From positions 79,546,001 to 79,610,000 of the forward strand of contig CM060732.1 in NCBI GenBank assembly GCA_030704615.1: DNA of 64,000 nucleotides, read 5' to 3'. The translations under genes were made by a program, and so were the position numbers. This document shows positions 49,378-61,890 of the stretch, one piece after another. The DNA is from Takakia lepidozioides (Eukaryota; Plantae; Bryophyta). Each line of letters opens with the position of its first letter. Position 1 is the first letter of the stretch. Under the pieces are notes generated by a model. It did no database searches, was not told the DNA's origin, and saw only the letters and a list, made by a program, of their open reading frames with translations.

Positions 49378-50989
49378 TGAATTCAGGCATTCACACCAAG
49401 TTGTGCTTGTATTGTATTCAGTTTTCCTTGTAGGTGTTGCACATAGAAAGGTAAACCCGTTTTCATTTCAGATTCATCTATGTCTTTGCTTTGCAACACA
49501 AACAAATTGTATACCATATCTACACCTCTGCCATTCCAACCCCAGATACAGATCCTATACAGTCACTATAGCTTATTCTCTGGGCATGTCAGGATTGCCC
49601 CTAATGTATCAAAGTGAGTTCACACAAAAAGCTGTGGCAGATTCATGACCCCAAGGTCGCCTTGGCCATAGGTTTGCAAATTCTTCAATCCATAGAAATG
49701 AACAGCTGAATTATGTTGCTAACTATAGTACATCTTCTATTTGTACATGAAATTTCACAGAATGTAGCCGAATGGAATAAATTTTTGGTGAGCTGCAACA
49801 TGGAATTCAACTGTCGTAAACTGCATGCTGCCAGCCAGAGTCAACTTCGTTTGGGAAAGCTTCAGTCCCATCTCGGGGTCAGCCTCAGGCATTGGTGATT
49901 GCCCCCAGTCGGCTCTCCTCTCCCCTTTACTGCTGTGTCCAGATAAGGCGCGGAATCCAAAGTCTACTGCGTATATATATCGATGCGATTACAGGCACGA
50001 AACGCACACGCGACACATTTCATGATTTTCCGAAGCTTTGCATTTCGACAAACGGGACTGCGAGAGAGTAAGGATCACAATTTGCGCAGCGTGATACCAA
50101 CATTTTCGGTAGCTGAAGCCTGTCACCTCCCCCCTCGCATGTGATCCCTTCCTCACAACAAAATGTAGGTTCCAAAATTATAACAAGGGTTTAAGAAAAA
50201 CGTCTCGTGACGAACATCATTGGGTAAGAGTTAAACGACAAGCCCACATCAACATTCTTCGGAACCCAACTCAGATCTCTTACTTTCCTCGCATTCTCCC
50301 CTCCCCAGGGACCAAACTAAGAATCACCCTCGTCCGTGATCACAAGCTCCGTGGGTTTGGACTCATTTGTTCCCACATTTTTTCTTCTGGTACTTTTGGT
50401 ATACACGATTTCCAATCACAGATGCAAACACGCCGCTGCTGCATTTCTCAAATCCACCCCTCCATGCAATCTCAACAAAGATATATATGTACACGCTCAA
50501 GCCTTATGACCATCGATCCACTGGAAAACAAATCCTACCAATTAAATCAAAAAACGTAATCTGTAAAATATTGATGAAAAATCCATCTACACCTGTCTTG
50601 AACTACTTTGTTCCGTGACGGAAGAGTCGTTACAATTCTCGAGAACCCCATAAAGAAAGGGAAAGTAAATCAAACCGATCTAGCATCAACTACTGCCTGA
50701 AGTAGATCAGACTACAAGAAGAAGGTGGGTCTCACTTTGCAGGTGGTCAAAGATACCCTTGACATTTTCAACCCAATAGTCCTTCATCGCCACTTCAATT
50801 GTTTGTAAAGTGTCACCCCACTGTCCCAGTGTTAAGTGCCCGAGGTCCAGCTTCAAACGGACTAGAGAGAGAGAAGAGACTCGGGCCCAACCAAGAGCCA
50901 ACTCCACCTTTGGGCTTTTGGGGGTGGGGTGGCATTGATGGGTGGGCCCTGTCGGATGTACTAATCTGGATCGGCAAAGCAACGAGAGG

Positions 50990-51341
50990 GAAATGAAATG
51001 AAATGAAATGGAGCTTTATAACGTCCGCGGAAAGCTCATAGAGCTTATGGGACAAAATGGAACAAAACATAAGAGAGGAAACAAAAAAACTATTGTTCGT
51101 GCCTCATGCAGGTAGGCTGCCAAGCATTTCTGATCTTCATAGTGGAAGACTTCAGTGAGAGATTGGGTTCCACGGAATAGACAGTGGAATCACCCACGGA
51201 TCTCATGGTATAGAGGGCAATAGAAGAAGAAGTGTTCTTCAGTTTCAATGTCCTGGTTGCGCCCTGTGCAAGCTGGACATAGGCGGTCCTCTGCCAGTCT
51301 CTATCCGTAGGTTGTGGGAGCCCACCCTGAACAGCCCCAAT
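50990..51341 (-). mobile_element. 3' fragment of the CATTT-tailed LINE with internal deletions
   Basis: Matches about 21603-22005 in pieces. Confidence 0.85.
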
Positions 51342-51360
51342 TACAGTCTGCAGAGGTTCA

Positions 51361-52473
51361 ATGGCAATGTGTGATTGTGACGGCTTCTGCATCTGCAAAC
51401 CGAGACTGCTGCGATACAATGTGAATGGCGGCATCGCCATTCCTGACCCTGCAGATGAGAGCCCCTTCCATTTCCCAAAACTGGACTGGACGACTGAGCC
51501 CAGAGTGAGGGTGTGGAAAAGGCCACCCAGGCTGAAAAGAAGGCCGGGGTTCTGGGGTTTGGAATATATCACTGTCGAGTGGCTTGGCAAAATCACGACG
51601 AAGAGTGACTTGTACAACTGGAGAGGGGCAGTCTCTATCTTATTAAATGTCGTTCTTTTCCCTTTCACTTTCATGTTGTTGTGTTTGGTCCCCGTTATGC
51701 AATTCGTAGACTACTTGTTTAGTGAGATCATACTCAATCTGAAGTCCGAGGATCTACTGCTGTTTGCCAACGGCCTGATATTGTTTTATCAGCTGCCCTT
51801 AGCACCCTTTCTGGTCTACTTCTTCATGTTGTGCATGATACCTGTAAACAAGTGGTTGTGGAGCTCGAATACTGCCAAGAGTGAAGTTTGGGCTTTCAAT
51901 TTTGTTGACGAATACTGTGGGAGGAAAGTTGCCAATTTCATAGGAAAGAGCATCCCCTTTGGTTTTTGCCACTGCACCTGGAGAGATGAAATAACCGTGG
52001 AACTCCTCCTCAGACTACACGGGATAGGGAAAACTTTGGAAACACCTAAGTCCTCCGATGTCTTCTCATATTTCATCAAAAGGGAACACAAGGGCAGAGT
52101 ACATGCAGTGTTGTTGAAAGGGGTATTTGATAGGGACCAGAAGGGTGAGACTCAGTGCACCATTACAAGCATACGAGGTTACTTGACCAATCTAAGAGAC
52201 AACTCATTGAATATGAAGGGCCAGGAGCACGAAACAGTCAGCTGTAAAGGCAGTGCCCATCAATTTCTCAAACTGAAGACTTACTTCTGTCACTTTATGA
52301 GGATGAATGGGATCACGGCAACCGTTGTGGATGACCTCGACAGGAATAAGTTTCATAGTCTGCACTCTATGGAGCTAAAAGCCTTGGTGAAAGAGATAAT
52401 GGTTGGAGATCTGAGAGTTTGGAAATTGCAAATGCCTAGGCAGGTCATGGGGGAAGAAATACCTGTTGGCTGA
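51361..52473 (+). CDS. Unknown 370-aa intronless ORF with 2-3 predicted hydrophobic segments
   Basis: Open ATG-to-TGA frame of 1113 nt with a Cys-rich N-terminus (CDCDGFCIC). No family recognised. Confidence 0.55.
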   Translation: MAMCDCDGFCICKPRLLRYNVNGGIAIPDPADESPFHFPKLDWTTEPRVRVWKRPPRLKRRPGFWGLEYITVEWLGKITTKSDLYNWRGAVSILLNVVLFPFTFMLLCLVPVMQFVDYLFSEIILNLKSEDLLLFANGLILFYQLPLAPFLVYFFMLCMIPVNKWLWSSNTAKSEVWAFNFVDEYCGRKVANFIGKSIPFGFCHCTWRDEITVELLLRLHGIGKTLETPKSSDVFSYFIKREHKGRVHAVLLKGVFDRDQKGETQCTITSIRGYLTNLRDNSLNMKGQEHETVSCKGSAHQFLKLKTYFCHFMRMNGITATVVDDLDRNKFHSLHSMELKALVKEIMVGDLRVWKLQMPRQVMGEEIPVG

Positions 52474-52499
52474 AGTTTTCATGAACAGTCTCTGCACTG

Positions 52500-53640
52500 A
52501 AAGGTGCACTTGAGAAGATGCCGATAGGATCCTGCTCCACAATTACTTGTTTTTCGGCAAAAAGGTGAGGCGCTCTACTCATCCTTAAAAGAAAGGGGCA
52601 ATGACATGCTTCACAAGAGGTTGAACTTGGGCAAAACTTTGTTCACAAAGTATAGATGCAAGGCGCAGGCTCAGCAACACATGTTCTGGTAAGGGTTGAG
52701 CAATCAGAACTTGGGCGAAAGAGTCCAGGACTGAATCTGCTAAAGAATAAGGCATGAAGAGATGCACGACAAAGACCAAAGAAGACCTGAATAATAGCCA
52801 GATACGCGTGTCCAGGAACAAACCCTTCAACAGGTTAGAGAGGGCCATCGGCTTTAAAGAGGAGCAGATAGGCATCGTAAGAAATTCAGAAGGGGGTAAA
52901 GAAATTATTGGTGGCAGTACCTGTGAGGCCACTGATGAAGAGATAATACTGAACGCGCCTCGAAACTCGGCAAAACTAGAAGATCGAAGTATAAGGAACT
53001 GCCCAGGGTAATAGCTGCTAAAGTGTTTCCGTCTCAAAGAAGATCTTCCCTGACCTACCAGGGAATTTGGGGTGCTCAAGAAGAGAATTGAATCCTTTGA
53101 GATGGCTGAGAAGAGAAAAGTCCTTCAGACGCCGGCCCCTCATCGACCCATGGCAATGCATGTTACTACAGGTGCCTTCATGATGTTGAGTATGGCGTGA
53201 GGGGAATAGAAGATCTCAATGGTGCTCTGCAGACACCGTCGAGGGTGATGTGGGGTTGTTTGGTAGCGGCAACTTGAGATTCAGAACCTGGGTTGATCTA
53301 AAGCTTAAGCAGTCCTGAGAAAGTCAAGTAGGGAAGTCTCTCATGGCAATTCTCAGTTCCCACTACAGTGATCGTGATGGCTGCTCGCAAACACTCAATT
53401 CTGGGCTTCAGTGTCATGAGTCCTGAACTGTGAGAAATGTTGATGCAATTTTTAGGTACTGCAAAAGTTGCACTAGAAAGTTGTATTGCCTTAGGACACC
53501 CGCCCCTTCCCCTTTGTTGGTTAGCAGTGACTAGGGATTCACTTGCATGGAAGGACCTAAAGACTAAAGACCTTATATCTTGAGTGGTCCCAGCTGGGCA
53601 CAGGTTTGTTGTACTCTTTATGCTCTTTATGCGTTCCATT
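52500..53640 (-). mobile_element. Possible degraded L1-like LINE (endonuclease region)
   Basis: RGRGG motif in minus ORF 53639-53298 and fragmented downstream frames. Weak. Confidence 0.3.
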
Positions 53641-54403
53641 TATGGATGAATGTGGATACTATGAGATGAATTTTGTAAATGAATCTCCAATGGATCTCAC
53701 ATTAATTATGGATGGATGTAAATCCATGGATTAGGTGACAATTTACATTAATTTCAAACATGTGGTGCGTCCTAAGGCGTAGGATGAATTTGATCGACAC
53801 AGTTAGTCAGAATTGATTGATGAATGGAATTAAGCATCATGGATGAAATCTGGTCCATAGTTGTGGAAGACTGCCATGGAGGTGTAGGTTTTCCTGTAGC
53901 AAGTGCGATGCAAAATTGGGTCTGAGCGTCTGAGCCCTGGTTCATCCTTCTCAGTGTAGTTTTCGATCAGGAGATCACTGTTCACTCATCTCACATCTTG
54001 CTCAGATCTTATCTGTTTGAAGGCATAAAATTAGGTCTTTCAGGGAGGATGACATGATGTCCCTGTTATAAACTCCGTGCAACTGATTATGAGGAGCGCA
54101 CTCATAAAATGCTCCATGGTGTTGATGGAGACTTATTCTCAAAAATGTAGGCGGAATGTGTGCTATTTCTCCCACTACCAGACCCTATTGCACCCACATT
54201 TATGCATTCATAGCCACAATAGATGGATCTGGTAAAATCAAGGCAAAGAGCTTCTTTGAGAAAATCTGGAATGCACCAGAGACATTTTTCGTTCTTGATC
54301 GCCGTCTCGCCTTCAAGTGCCCGGTCAGTCTCATGTGCATTAAGTTCTTATCTCATTTCTAGTATTCTCCTATAATGAGCCATACAAACTTGAAAAAGTG
54401 TGC

Positions 54404-54690
54404 GAAAATGAGTTTATGAGTGTCATTTAAGTGGGTTAGTGCTACATTACATGTTGATATTTCATACATATCAACAAAAACGTATAGTACATTATCATAT
54501 ATCTCACCATATGCATATAAAAAATATTGTAAAATTGGGTTTAGGAGTGTAATTTAAGTGGGTTAGTGTTACATTACATGACATGTTAACAAAATGTTCA
54601 TACATGCAGCCATACGCATATGAAAAAATGTCGGAAAATGGGTTTATGAGTGTCATTTAACTAGGCTAGTATTACATTTGATGTTGATAT
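54404..54690. repeat. Three copies of an AT-rich unit of about 50 bp
   Basis: AAAATG(A/G)GTTTATGAGTGTCATTTAA-like unit at about 54405, 54531 and 54636. Confidence 0.75.
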
Positions 54691-56123
54691 TTCAGCCTAA
54701 TGTTGGTCGAATATCAAATATCCATCTTAAATTCAGAATGCATACAAGTGTATAACTCATATAAGCCATAAACTAGTGTCAATATGCGCAAGGGTATAGG
54801 GCCCACCCCCAAAAGGGGGCATTAGCCGCATGACGAAGTGGCTCTTTAGTTACGCCGGCTTTGGCCGGAGTCTTCTCTCTCTCTGCAAGAGTACATGTGC
54901 TACACACTATGGTTTTTTTTTTCCTTATGAAACATGGGATGGTGGCCCTGATGGTCATTAACCTATCTACTAGTGACATACTTTTACGTCAATATTTAAA
55001 GAACATGTACACAATTTTATACATCAAATTTTAATGTCTCTTTCATAGCTAAGTTAAACGTCATTTGAAAGCAAAACAAAACTCATTGAATGATACATAA
55101 ACACAATACAAAAACATTATTTGTATATAATATAATAATATGTATATTAATCACATTACTCAAATATATCAAGTTCATTACTAAAATATATTGATGATGC
55201 TTTAAAATGAATATATGTACATATTTTTAAATTTTGTATGTTATGTCTCTCTCAGATGAATTTTCAATAATTTCTTGCTGATTACCCTTGCAAAAGTCGT
55301 TCACGACACGACTGCTCTGGACCTGATAATGCAGAAAGCTCTGGGTTTAGATCCACTCTTTTTAGTGTATGTACAATACATGTATGGTAATCCGGTGTGA
55401 GGCAACTTACACTAGATCATCTGCAGATAAGTATGAGAGTGTTGTCTCATTTAGAATCATCTGATGTGCATACCCAGTTTGAAAATTGTTGAATTATAGT
55501 CGTGGGACTCACCGTGTCTCATGCTGAGGATTCTTGGCAGATTAATTGACCCTTTCTGGACAGATAATGAGCTATAGTTTCTCAAGAAAATCCGCGTTTT
55601 GTGCAAAGAGTCATCGGATATGAAAGATGTCTATTCAATTCATTCAAGTACTTTGATCTATAGAGTGTACTTGGGAATACCTAGCCTGGTGAAAAGATTA
55701 AAAGGTCCCTACATGCAATCTTAAGTGAAGATCTTCATTTCTAAGTAGATCGTCATAATTAGTTAACAACACCAACATATGTTATCTTCCAAGACCCACA
55801 TAATTTCAAGTCTTCACATATTTCAATCTCCTTAGAACGATCTAAGATCCTCTTTTTGTGTCTCTTGGTGTTAATCATCTCAAGGTCCCAAATATTCCTG
55901 GAGATGTAGTTTCGACACTGGAACTCTATCACTGCAGCTAGCAGGCATGGTTATACGAGAAAGAGGGGAACATTTTCTATTTTAAAGAGAGATCTGCCAA
56001 ATGAGAAGTTCAAGATTCTATCAATGGTATCTGTGTAATGTCCGTAGATGAATGTTTAGTGGTTACTTTTGTAAAGTAATATGCTTACTTTAGACAGGAT
56101 GATACCGTCATTTTAATGACATT

Positions 56124-56489
56124 TGTCATGGTTTTAGTCACGGTTAACTAGAATTACCTACTTCTAGTTAACTAGGACATTTTGGATATTTATATTTGTA
56201 TTTTGTGTGTTGGGACTTCATTTGGTCTCACATGCCAAGTGAGGTGTCAAACCTCACTTGGGACATGGGGATGGGTTTTCCCCTTGTGAGCGTTGAGGAG
56301 GGCTCATCTTCTTGTAGTTGAGCCTCCATGAGCCTCTCTCACCTCCATAGCTCTAAGTATTGAGAGGGAGTGTGTTGAGGGCTTTGTAGGGTGGATTCCC
56401 TTAGCAAGGGTGCCCTTGACTTGACTTAGTTTATGTGATTGAGTGGATTCATGAGTGGAGTGTTTCCCTTGTGTTCACTTTCATTATCA
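56124..56489 (+). repeat. 5' LTR of copy B
   Basis: TGTCA...TATCA. Shares the GGCTCA-loop-TGAGCC hairpin and CTTGACTT with the copy A LTR. The partner LTR is outside the window. Confidence 0.75.
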
Positions 56490-56501
56490 CTACAAGAAGA
56501 T
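56490..56501 (+). promoter_or_regulatory. Putative self-priming primer-binding site, copy B
   Basis: CTACAAGAAGAT is the exact reverse complement of LTR 56306-56317 (ATCTTCTTGTAG). Confidence 0.75.
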
Positions 56502-57969
56502 CACCTTATGCTTGTGAGTGCGGAGTGTAAGGGTTAGTTTAGTACTTGTGTGTTGAAGAGCTTGGGAAGATAGCTCTTGTGTTGCAAGGTGTTACATATA
56601 TTGTAAAGGAAAATCTTTGTGGTGTTAGGGCTTTGAGAGATATTGCTTTGCCCTAAGGAGGTGGAGAGCTCAAAGATGGAGCTCTTATAGATCACAAGCC
56701 TTTGCAAGGAAAGGTACTTGTGGTGTTACACCAAGGTGTTGGGGAGCTCAAGAAGGAGCTTGTTTGCCACAAGATTTGCAAGGATTGCAAGAGGGAAGTC
56801 TTGTGTGTGTGGAAACATGGATTCTAGGGTTTGAGAATCATTTCTATGCATTATGGAGTCAATGGTATGTGCCATGGCTTGAGGAGAGCAACCAAAGGAT
56901 TGTTAGTGCTCATTTCACTATCAATCTAGGGTTAAGCAAGCTCAATTGTGGATGTTGTGGAAGAGAAGCCAAGGAGCTACATAGGCTTGGGCTTGAAGAC
57001 AACAAGGGCAAGCACTTGGAGAGCATTAGGAAGCTCAAGAGGTTTGAAGGGAAGCATATGGGTGAAAATTCTATCCATGATGATGTGAAACCAAGCCTAG
57101 AGCATTGAAGAGCTTGGAGCACATGTAGGAGATCATTGGAGGTGGTCTTCATGAAGAAAAGAGATTGTGGCTCAAGGCATGCATAGCAATTTCAACCATA
57201 CATTAGCATGTGACAAGACAAGGAAGGGGAATGTGAAGCTTATGTATTCATTCTCTTTTGGCTTAAGTTTTGTGGTGGATGGTTGATCAAGCAAATGATG
57301 CTTATGTGGAGCATGCTTCCCAAGTGTGGCTTCCAACTTCAAGCTTGATGAGAACTAGAAGGTGAAGGGAGCAAGTTGATTCCCTTGTGTATGAAGTGAT
57401 GCATGTGTGGAGCATGCTTTGGGCTTGAGCAAGCTTGAGAGGAATGGCTCTTGAGCTAGCAAGTGAAGGGAGCTTGAATGACCAAGGCTTGAGAGGAGAC
57501 AAGGCTTGGTGGCTTGCCAAAGGCGGTACAAGCTTGATTTGGAGTTCCAATGAGAAATTGAGCTTGTTGTGTGGCCAATGCATTGCTAGTTGAGTTGGAG
57601 ACAAATTTGAGTAGCTTAAGGTGAAAAAGATCAAGGTAATTTGCCTTGGTACCCCATAGAATTCATGGATGCTTGAGGGGATTAAGCATAGAGCCCCAAG
57701 GAGCACAAACCCTAGCTTGGTAAGGCTAAACCTCAAGGAAATAGAGGGGGAAGTGGCTAAAGCCTAGAGGAAAATGGCTAAACCTTGGGGGGAAATAAAC
57801 TACTCTATGAGGGGGAAATGGCAAGGGGGAATACAAAGGGAATACGTATAGGCCCAGGGGAATACTGGGGGAATACTATGGCATATTCTCAGGAATATTC
57901 CTAGGGAATTTTGGGAACCTATTGGGAACCCATTGGGAACGCATTGGGAACATAGTGACATAGATGAGT

Positions 57970-58260
57970 CATTGGAGGACTGTTTGGAGGACCATTGGGA
58001 GTCCTTGGAGGACTGTTTGGGGTCCTTGGAGGTCTGTTTGGAAGACCATTGGGAGTCCTTGGAGGACTGTTTGGAGGATCATTGGGAGTCCTTGGAGGAC
58101 TATTTGGAGGACCATTGGGAATCCCTGGAGGACTGTTTGGGGTCCTTGGAGGACCATTTAGAGTTCTTTGGAGGACCATTTGGGGTCCTTGGAGGCCAAT
58201 ATTTGGCGAGCTTGAGGAGTCTTTGGCGACTTGTGTGAGGGACTATTGGGGTCCTCAAGG
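57970..58260 (+). repeat. 33/21-bp tandem array in the copy B leader
   Basis: Unit GGAGGACTGTTTGGAGGACCATTGGGAGTCCTT and a 21-bp variant. Confidence 0.95.
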
Positions 58261-58986
58261 GCTAAGTTTTGGTAGGCTCTTGGGGCCTTGGTGTACTGTT
58301 TTGGAGTCCCATCGTGCAAGGATTGGGAGCCTTAGTGAGATTGTTTGAGAGACATATTCTTGAGGGCCCCTGGAGGGTTATTTGAGAGACCCTTGAAAGG
58401 TAGTTTTGTCTATTGTTCAAGCAAGAGAGTGTGGAGATAGGGTAATGGGATGAGAGCATGTTGTGATAGGAATTGCTTTAGTCTCTCTTCCTTGTAGTCT
58501 TCCACCCTCTCTGTAGGCCAAAACCTTTCTGTAGGTGGAGGCAAAAGTCAGTCCGGTTTGGCTGGGGTGTCATTGCAGGAGCGACATTGTGGAGTGTTTT
58601 TGGTGTGGGAGGGTTGCTGTATTGATTTTCTTGTGTTTGGATCCCCTCCGCACCTGCATGCTTGACTATGTGCCATGTTAGCTTTGTGTGGGCGCTTGTT
58701 TTCATAGGAGGTTGGTCCGGATATCACCGGCCAATCCTAGAGCATGCTGTCGGTGGTGAGGCTGGGGTGATGACCAGTCAGACCATCATTGTTTCTCTTA
58801 TGGTGAGGATAGGTTGATGACCAGTAGACCATAGGAGTGCTTGCGGTGGATGCAGATGCAGGTGCAGGTTTATGTTACGAACCTAGTAGTCTAAGCCATA
58901 AGCCGCAACAGGTTCTCTACCCGGTTACCTTGTGGAAAAGGGGATTAGAGACAGGTTTACAACAGGTGTGGTTGTGAGTTTTTGTC

Positions 58987-60794
58987 ACGGAGGTGCCACC
59001 AGTTGCTGAGGAGAGTGCCGGTACGAGCACCAGCGATACTAGTGGGTATACAAGACGAGGTGTGCGGTTTAGGCCACCTTCACCTTCAGTGTCTTCTGAG
59101 GAAGGTTCAGACTCGGAGTCAGGAGGATTCTCGCCGAGGGTGCAAGTTATTTCCATGCCATTGTTGTGGGACACAATGGAGGAGATGTACGGAGCTACCA
59201 AGGGGCCACGTAGGTACTCTGGAGCTGTGGGCACCATCGAGCTTGATGACTTCATACAAGAGTTTGACAGTTGCTGTGATTTGCAGCAGATGCGCAATCC
59301 ACAACTGTTTACGCCTTTAATGGCGTGGAAGGGGCTGTTTCAGCACCTTGAGGGGCCGCCCATGGATGATTACCATGAGTTTAGGCGGGGACATGAGGTG
59401 GAGATTGAGGAATGGCGGGTGTATTGGTCACCTGACTATGTCTCCATCACTAGAGGCACAAGGGTAGTGGTGACACCGGCAGCTACACCGGCAGCTTCTG
59501 CAAGCAGCAGTGGGACGTCAAGTGGAACAGGAGCTGGGAAGTCCACCCAAGCTCCTGCTGCAGCACCAACACCCGTGCCTGCCTTTAACCCAGTTGTGGA
59601 GTTCTTTGAGGAGTTAAGGAGAAACTACCAGGGGATAATGACAGAGAAATTGTGGAGCTTGCAAGAGTTCCAACGAAAGCCTACTGAGAGTTTAAGGGAG
59701 GCTTACACTCGCATGAGGCGCTTGATAAACATAATCCAAGGGGTTACAGAAGCTCAGGCAGTCCAATTCTGGTATGGGATATTGGACAAAGAGCTGAGGA
59801 GAAGGGTGCGGGATGCAACTCTCCTACAAGTGGCCCAACCCACCTTAGCAAACGTGCTTTTGCTGGCAGAGCGGATAGAGCTCAATATGGTGGAGGAGCG
59901 AGTGGTCATGGTGGGATTTGGTAAGGAGACACAACGAAGTGGGGCTCCTAGCCAACAACAACCACTACCCCAACGTGCTCAAGGCAACAAGGGGGCTCAG
60001 GCGAAGCCCAGGGAAGGGCCGAGAGGATCTCAATTGCAGAGGTCTCTTCCTTCATTCTCAGGCCAACAACAGTCGGGTGTGACATGTTGGGATTGTGGAG
60101 GACCCCATGTTAAGAGAGATTGCCCGGAGAGAGGCACAGGCACATCCTACACAACTACAGTGTGGGCATTGTGGCAAGTATGGGCATGAAGAGGCCTATT
60201 GTTATGACTTGCATCCTGCTACAGCCAGGCCAGTTCCAAGGGAACAATGGTGGCCGAAGACGAGGCAATGTAGTCCAGAGAGGTAGAGGAGGCAGAGGTC
60301 GTGGTAGAGGTCGTAACCAAAACCAAGGAGTACAGGGTCACGGTCAAGGTCATGACCAAGGCATGGTAGATAGGCTTGCCCAGCTAGAGCAACGTCTTGC
60401 TACCATGGCCACTACTCATGTTGCGCTAGCTCCAAGGCCTGAGGTTCAAGCCCCACCTGCACAACCTCCTATGCCTAGGGAAGACCAGATTGGTATGGGT
60501 TTCATGTATGGAGCCGCACTTGCAGGACCATTGCATGTGGACTCTGCAGCTGCTGTCACTCAAGCAGCAACGCGTGCTCCTGAGCCAAGAGGAGCGGATA
60601 TGGATTTTGATCCACAAAGACGAGAAACAAATCGGCAGACAAGGCTTCCACAGTCTTTCACATTGGCTGAGACAGTGCCAACTATGTCATCGATGGCACC
60701 CGCTCGCCCAAGTGTGTCAGAGGTAGAGCCACGAGTGCCATTGGGGAGAGTTGGTATGGCTCGGGAAATGCCAGTGGGTGGTACTGCAAAGTAA
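58987..60794 (+). pseudogene. gag: gag of copy B
   Basis: 398-aa open frame with CWDCGGPHVKRDC, then CGHCGKYGHEEAYC after a frameshift, and an RGG-rich tract. Confidence 0.88.
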
Positions 60795-61089
60795 GGTATA
60801 GCCAGAACATTGTTGGGGGCGGCTACGGAAATTTGCCAAGCTTCATTGTTTTCTGCCACGACAATTGCAATGTCGGGGATGCGGCCAGCTGCAGTGTTTA
60901 GACTAGCAGCTACACTCTGTGAGAGTGGTGATGCATCGGCACTATCTGCGGGAATAGCAGATAAGATGCAATGCATGAATGCCCTAGATTCAAGGATGAA
61001 GACAGCCACAGCTGCGCCAGCAAGCGGCAGCCGCAAGGTTACAGAAGTTGTCATCTAGGCCAGCCATTGAGCGCAGTATGGTGACTCCT

Positions 61090-61480
61090 GGGGTAGTCCT
61101 GGTGGACAATCAGGATGGTGTATCTCAGTTGGGTGGCCCAGCCGGGGGGAGGTATAGGCCACTGCGAGTCTTGTTGGACTCAAGAGCACAGCCATTGAGG
61201 TTGGGAAGAGTAGCAATTGCAGGCTTGGGCCTTACAGAGGCGGATTTGGAGCCTTGCCCTTTCCAAATTCAAACATCTTTGGGTGGTTCAGAGAAGGCAC
61301 GAGGGATTACACGCCATGAGCTCTTCATTCGATTGCAGCCGGATCATCCTATGGACGGCTCAGTCATAAGAGCTAAAGCCATTGTTACGGACGCGATGTC
61401 CTATGATGTGCTTGTTGGTGGGGCTGTGTTGTACCCCATGGGATTTACTTTGGATTTTTGGGAAGAAACGGCATCCTACA
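61090..61480 (+). pseudogene. Retropepsin-like aspartic protease domain
   Basis: VLLDSRAQ (DSG to DSR, D at 61177) and YDVLVGGAVL. Confidence 0.8.
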
Positions 61481-61890
61481 GGCCGGAATGGCAGTCAGGA
61501 GATGGCCAATGTGCACTGCTCCCAGTGCGGTTTATTGGGAATGTAGCGGTGGATCATAGGAACATAATGCCCACATTGGCTGCATTCTCAGGGGTGGTGG
61601 TTTGGTGTGGTGAGCTCTTGGAGGGCAATAGCCATGCAGATGATAGGCCATCACCTGATGAGGACAAACAATTGGCATACAAGGCTGATTTGCTTCCTCA
61701 TGTGCCTGTGCATATTCCACTGTGGGGTACGGTTGGGAATTTGCATCAAGTAGCAGGCGAGTGTGTGCACCAAACATGACATGATGCCTTTCCATTGGTG
61801 AGTGAGGGGAGTTCAGTGACATCACTTGGACCTCCTGAGTTAGCTCCTTTGGACACAGTGCCCATTACCTGGCAACCACCTGACTCAGGG

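Noticed and set aside
54770-56050. Helitron end or hAT transposase remnant
   Set aside because: The hairpin-to-CTAG spacing is atypical and no convincing catalytic motifs could be read.
57970-58260. CRISPR-like array, or a protein made of LEDCL/PPRTPN repeats
   Set aside because: Units are contiguous with no unique spacers and there are no cas genes. The ORFs in several frames are by-products of the tandem repeat.
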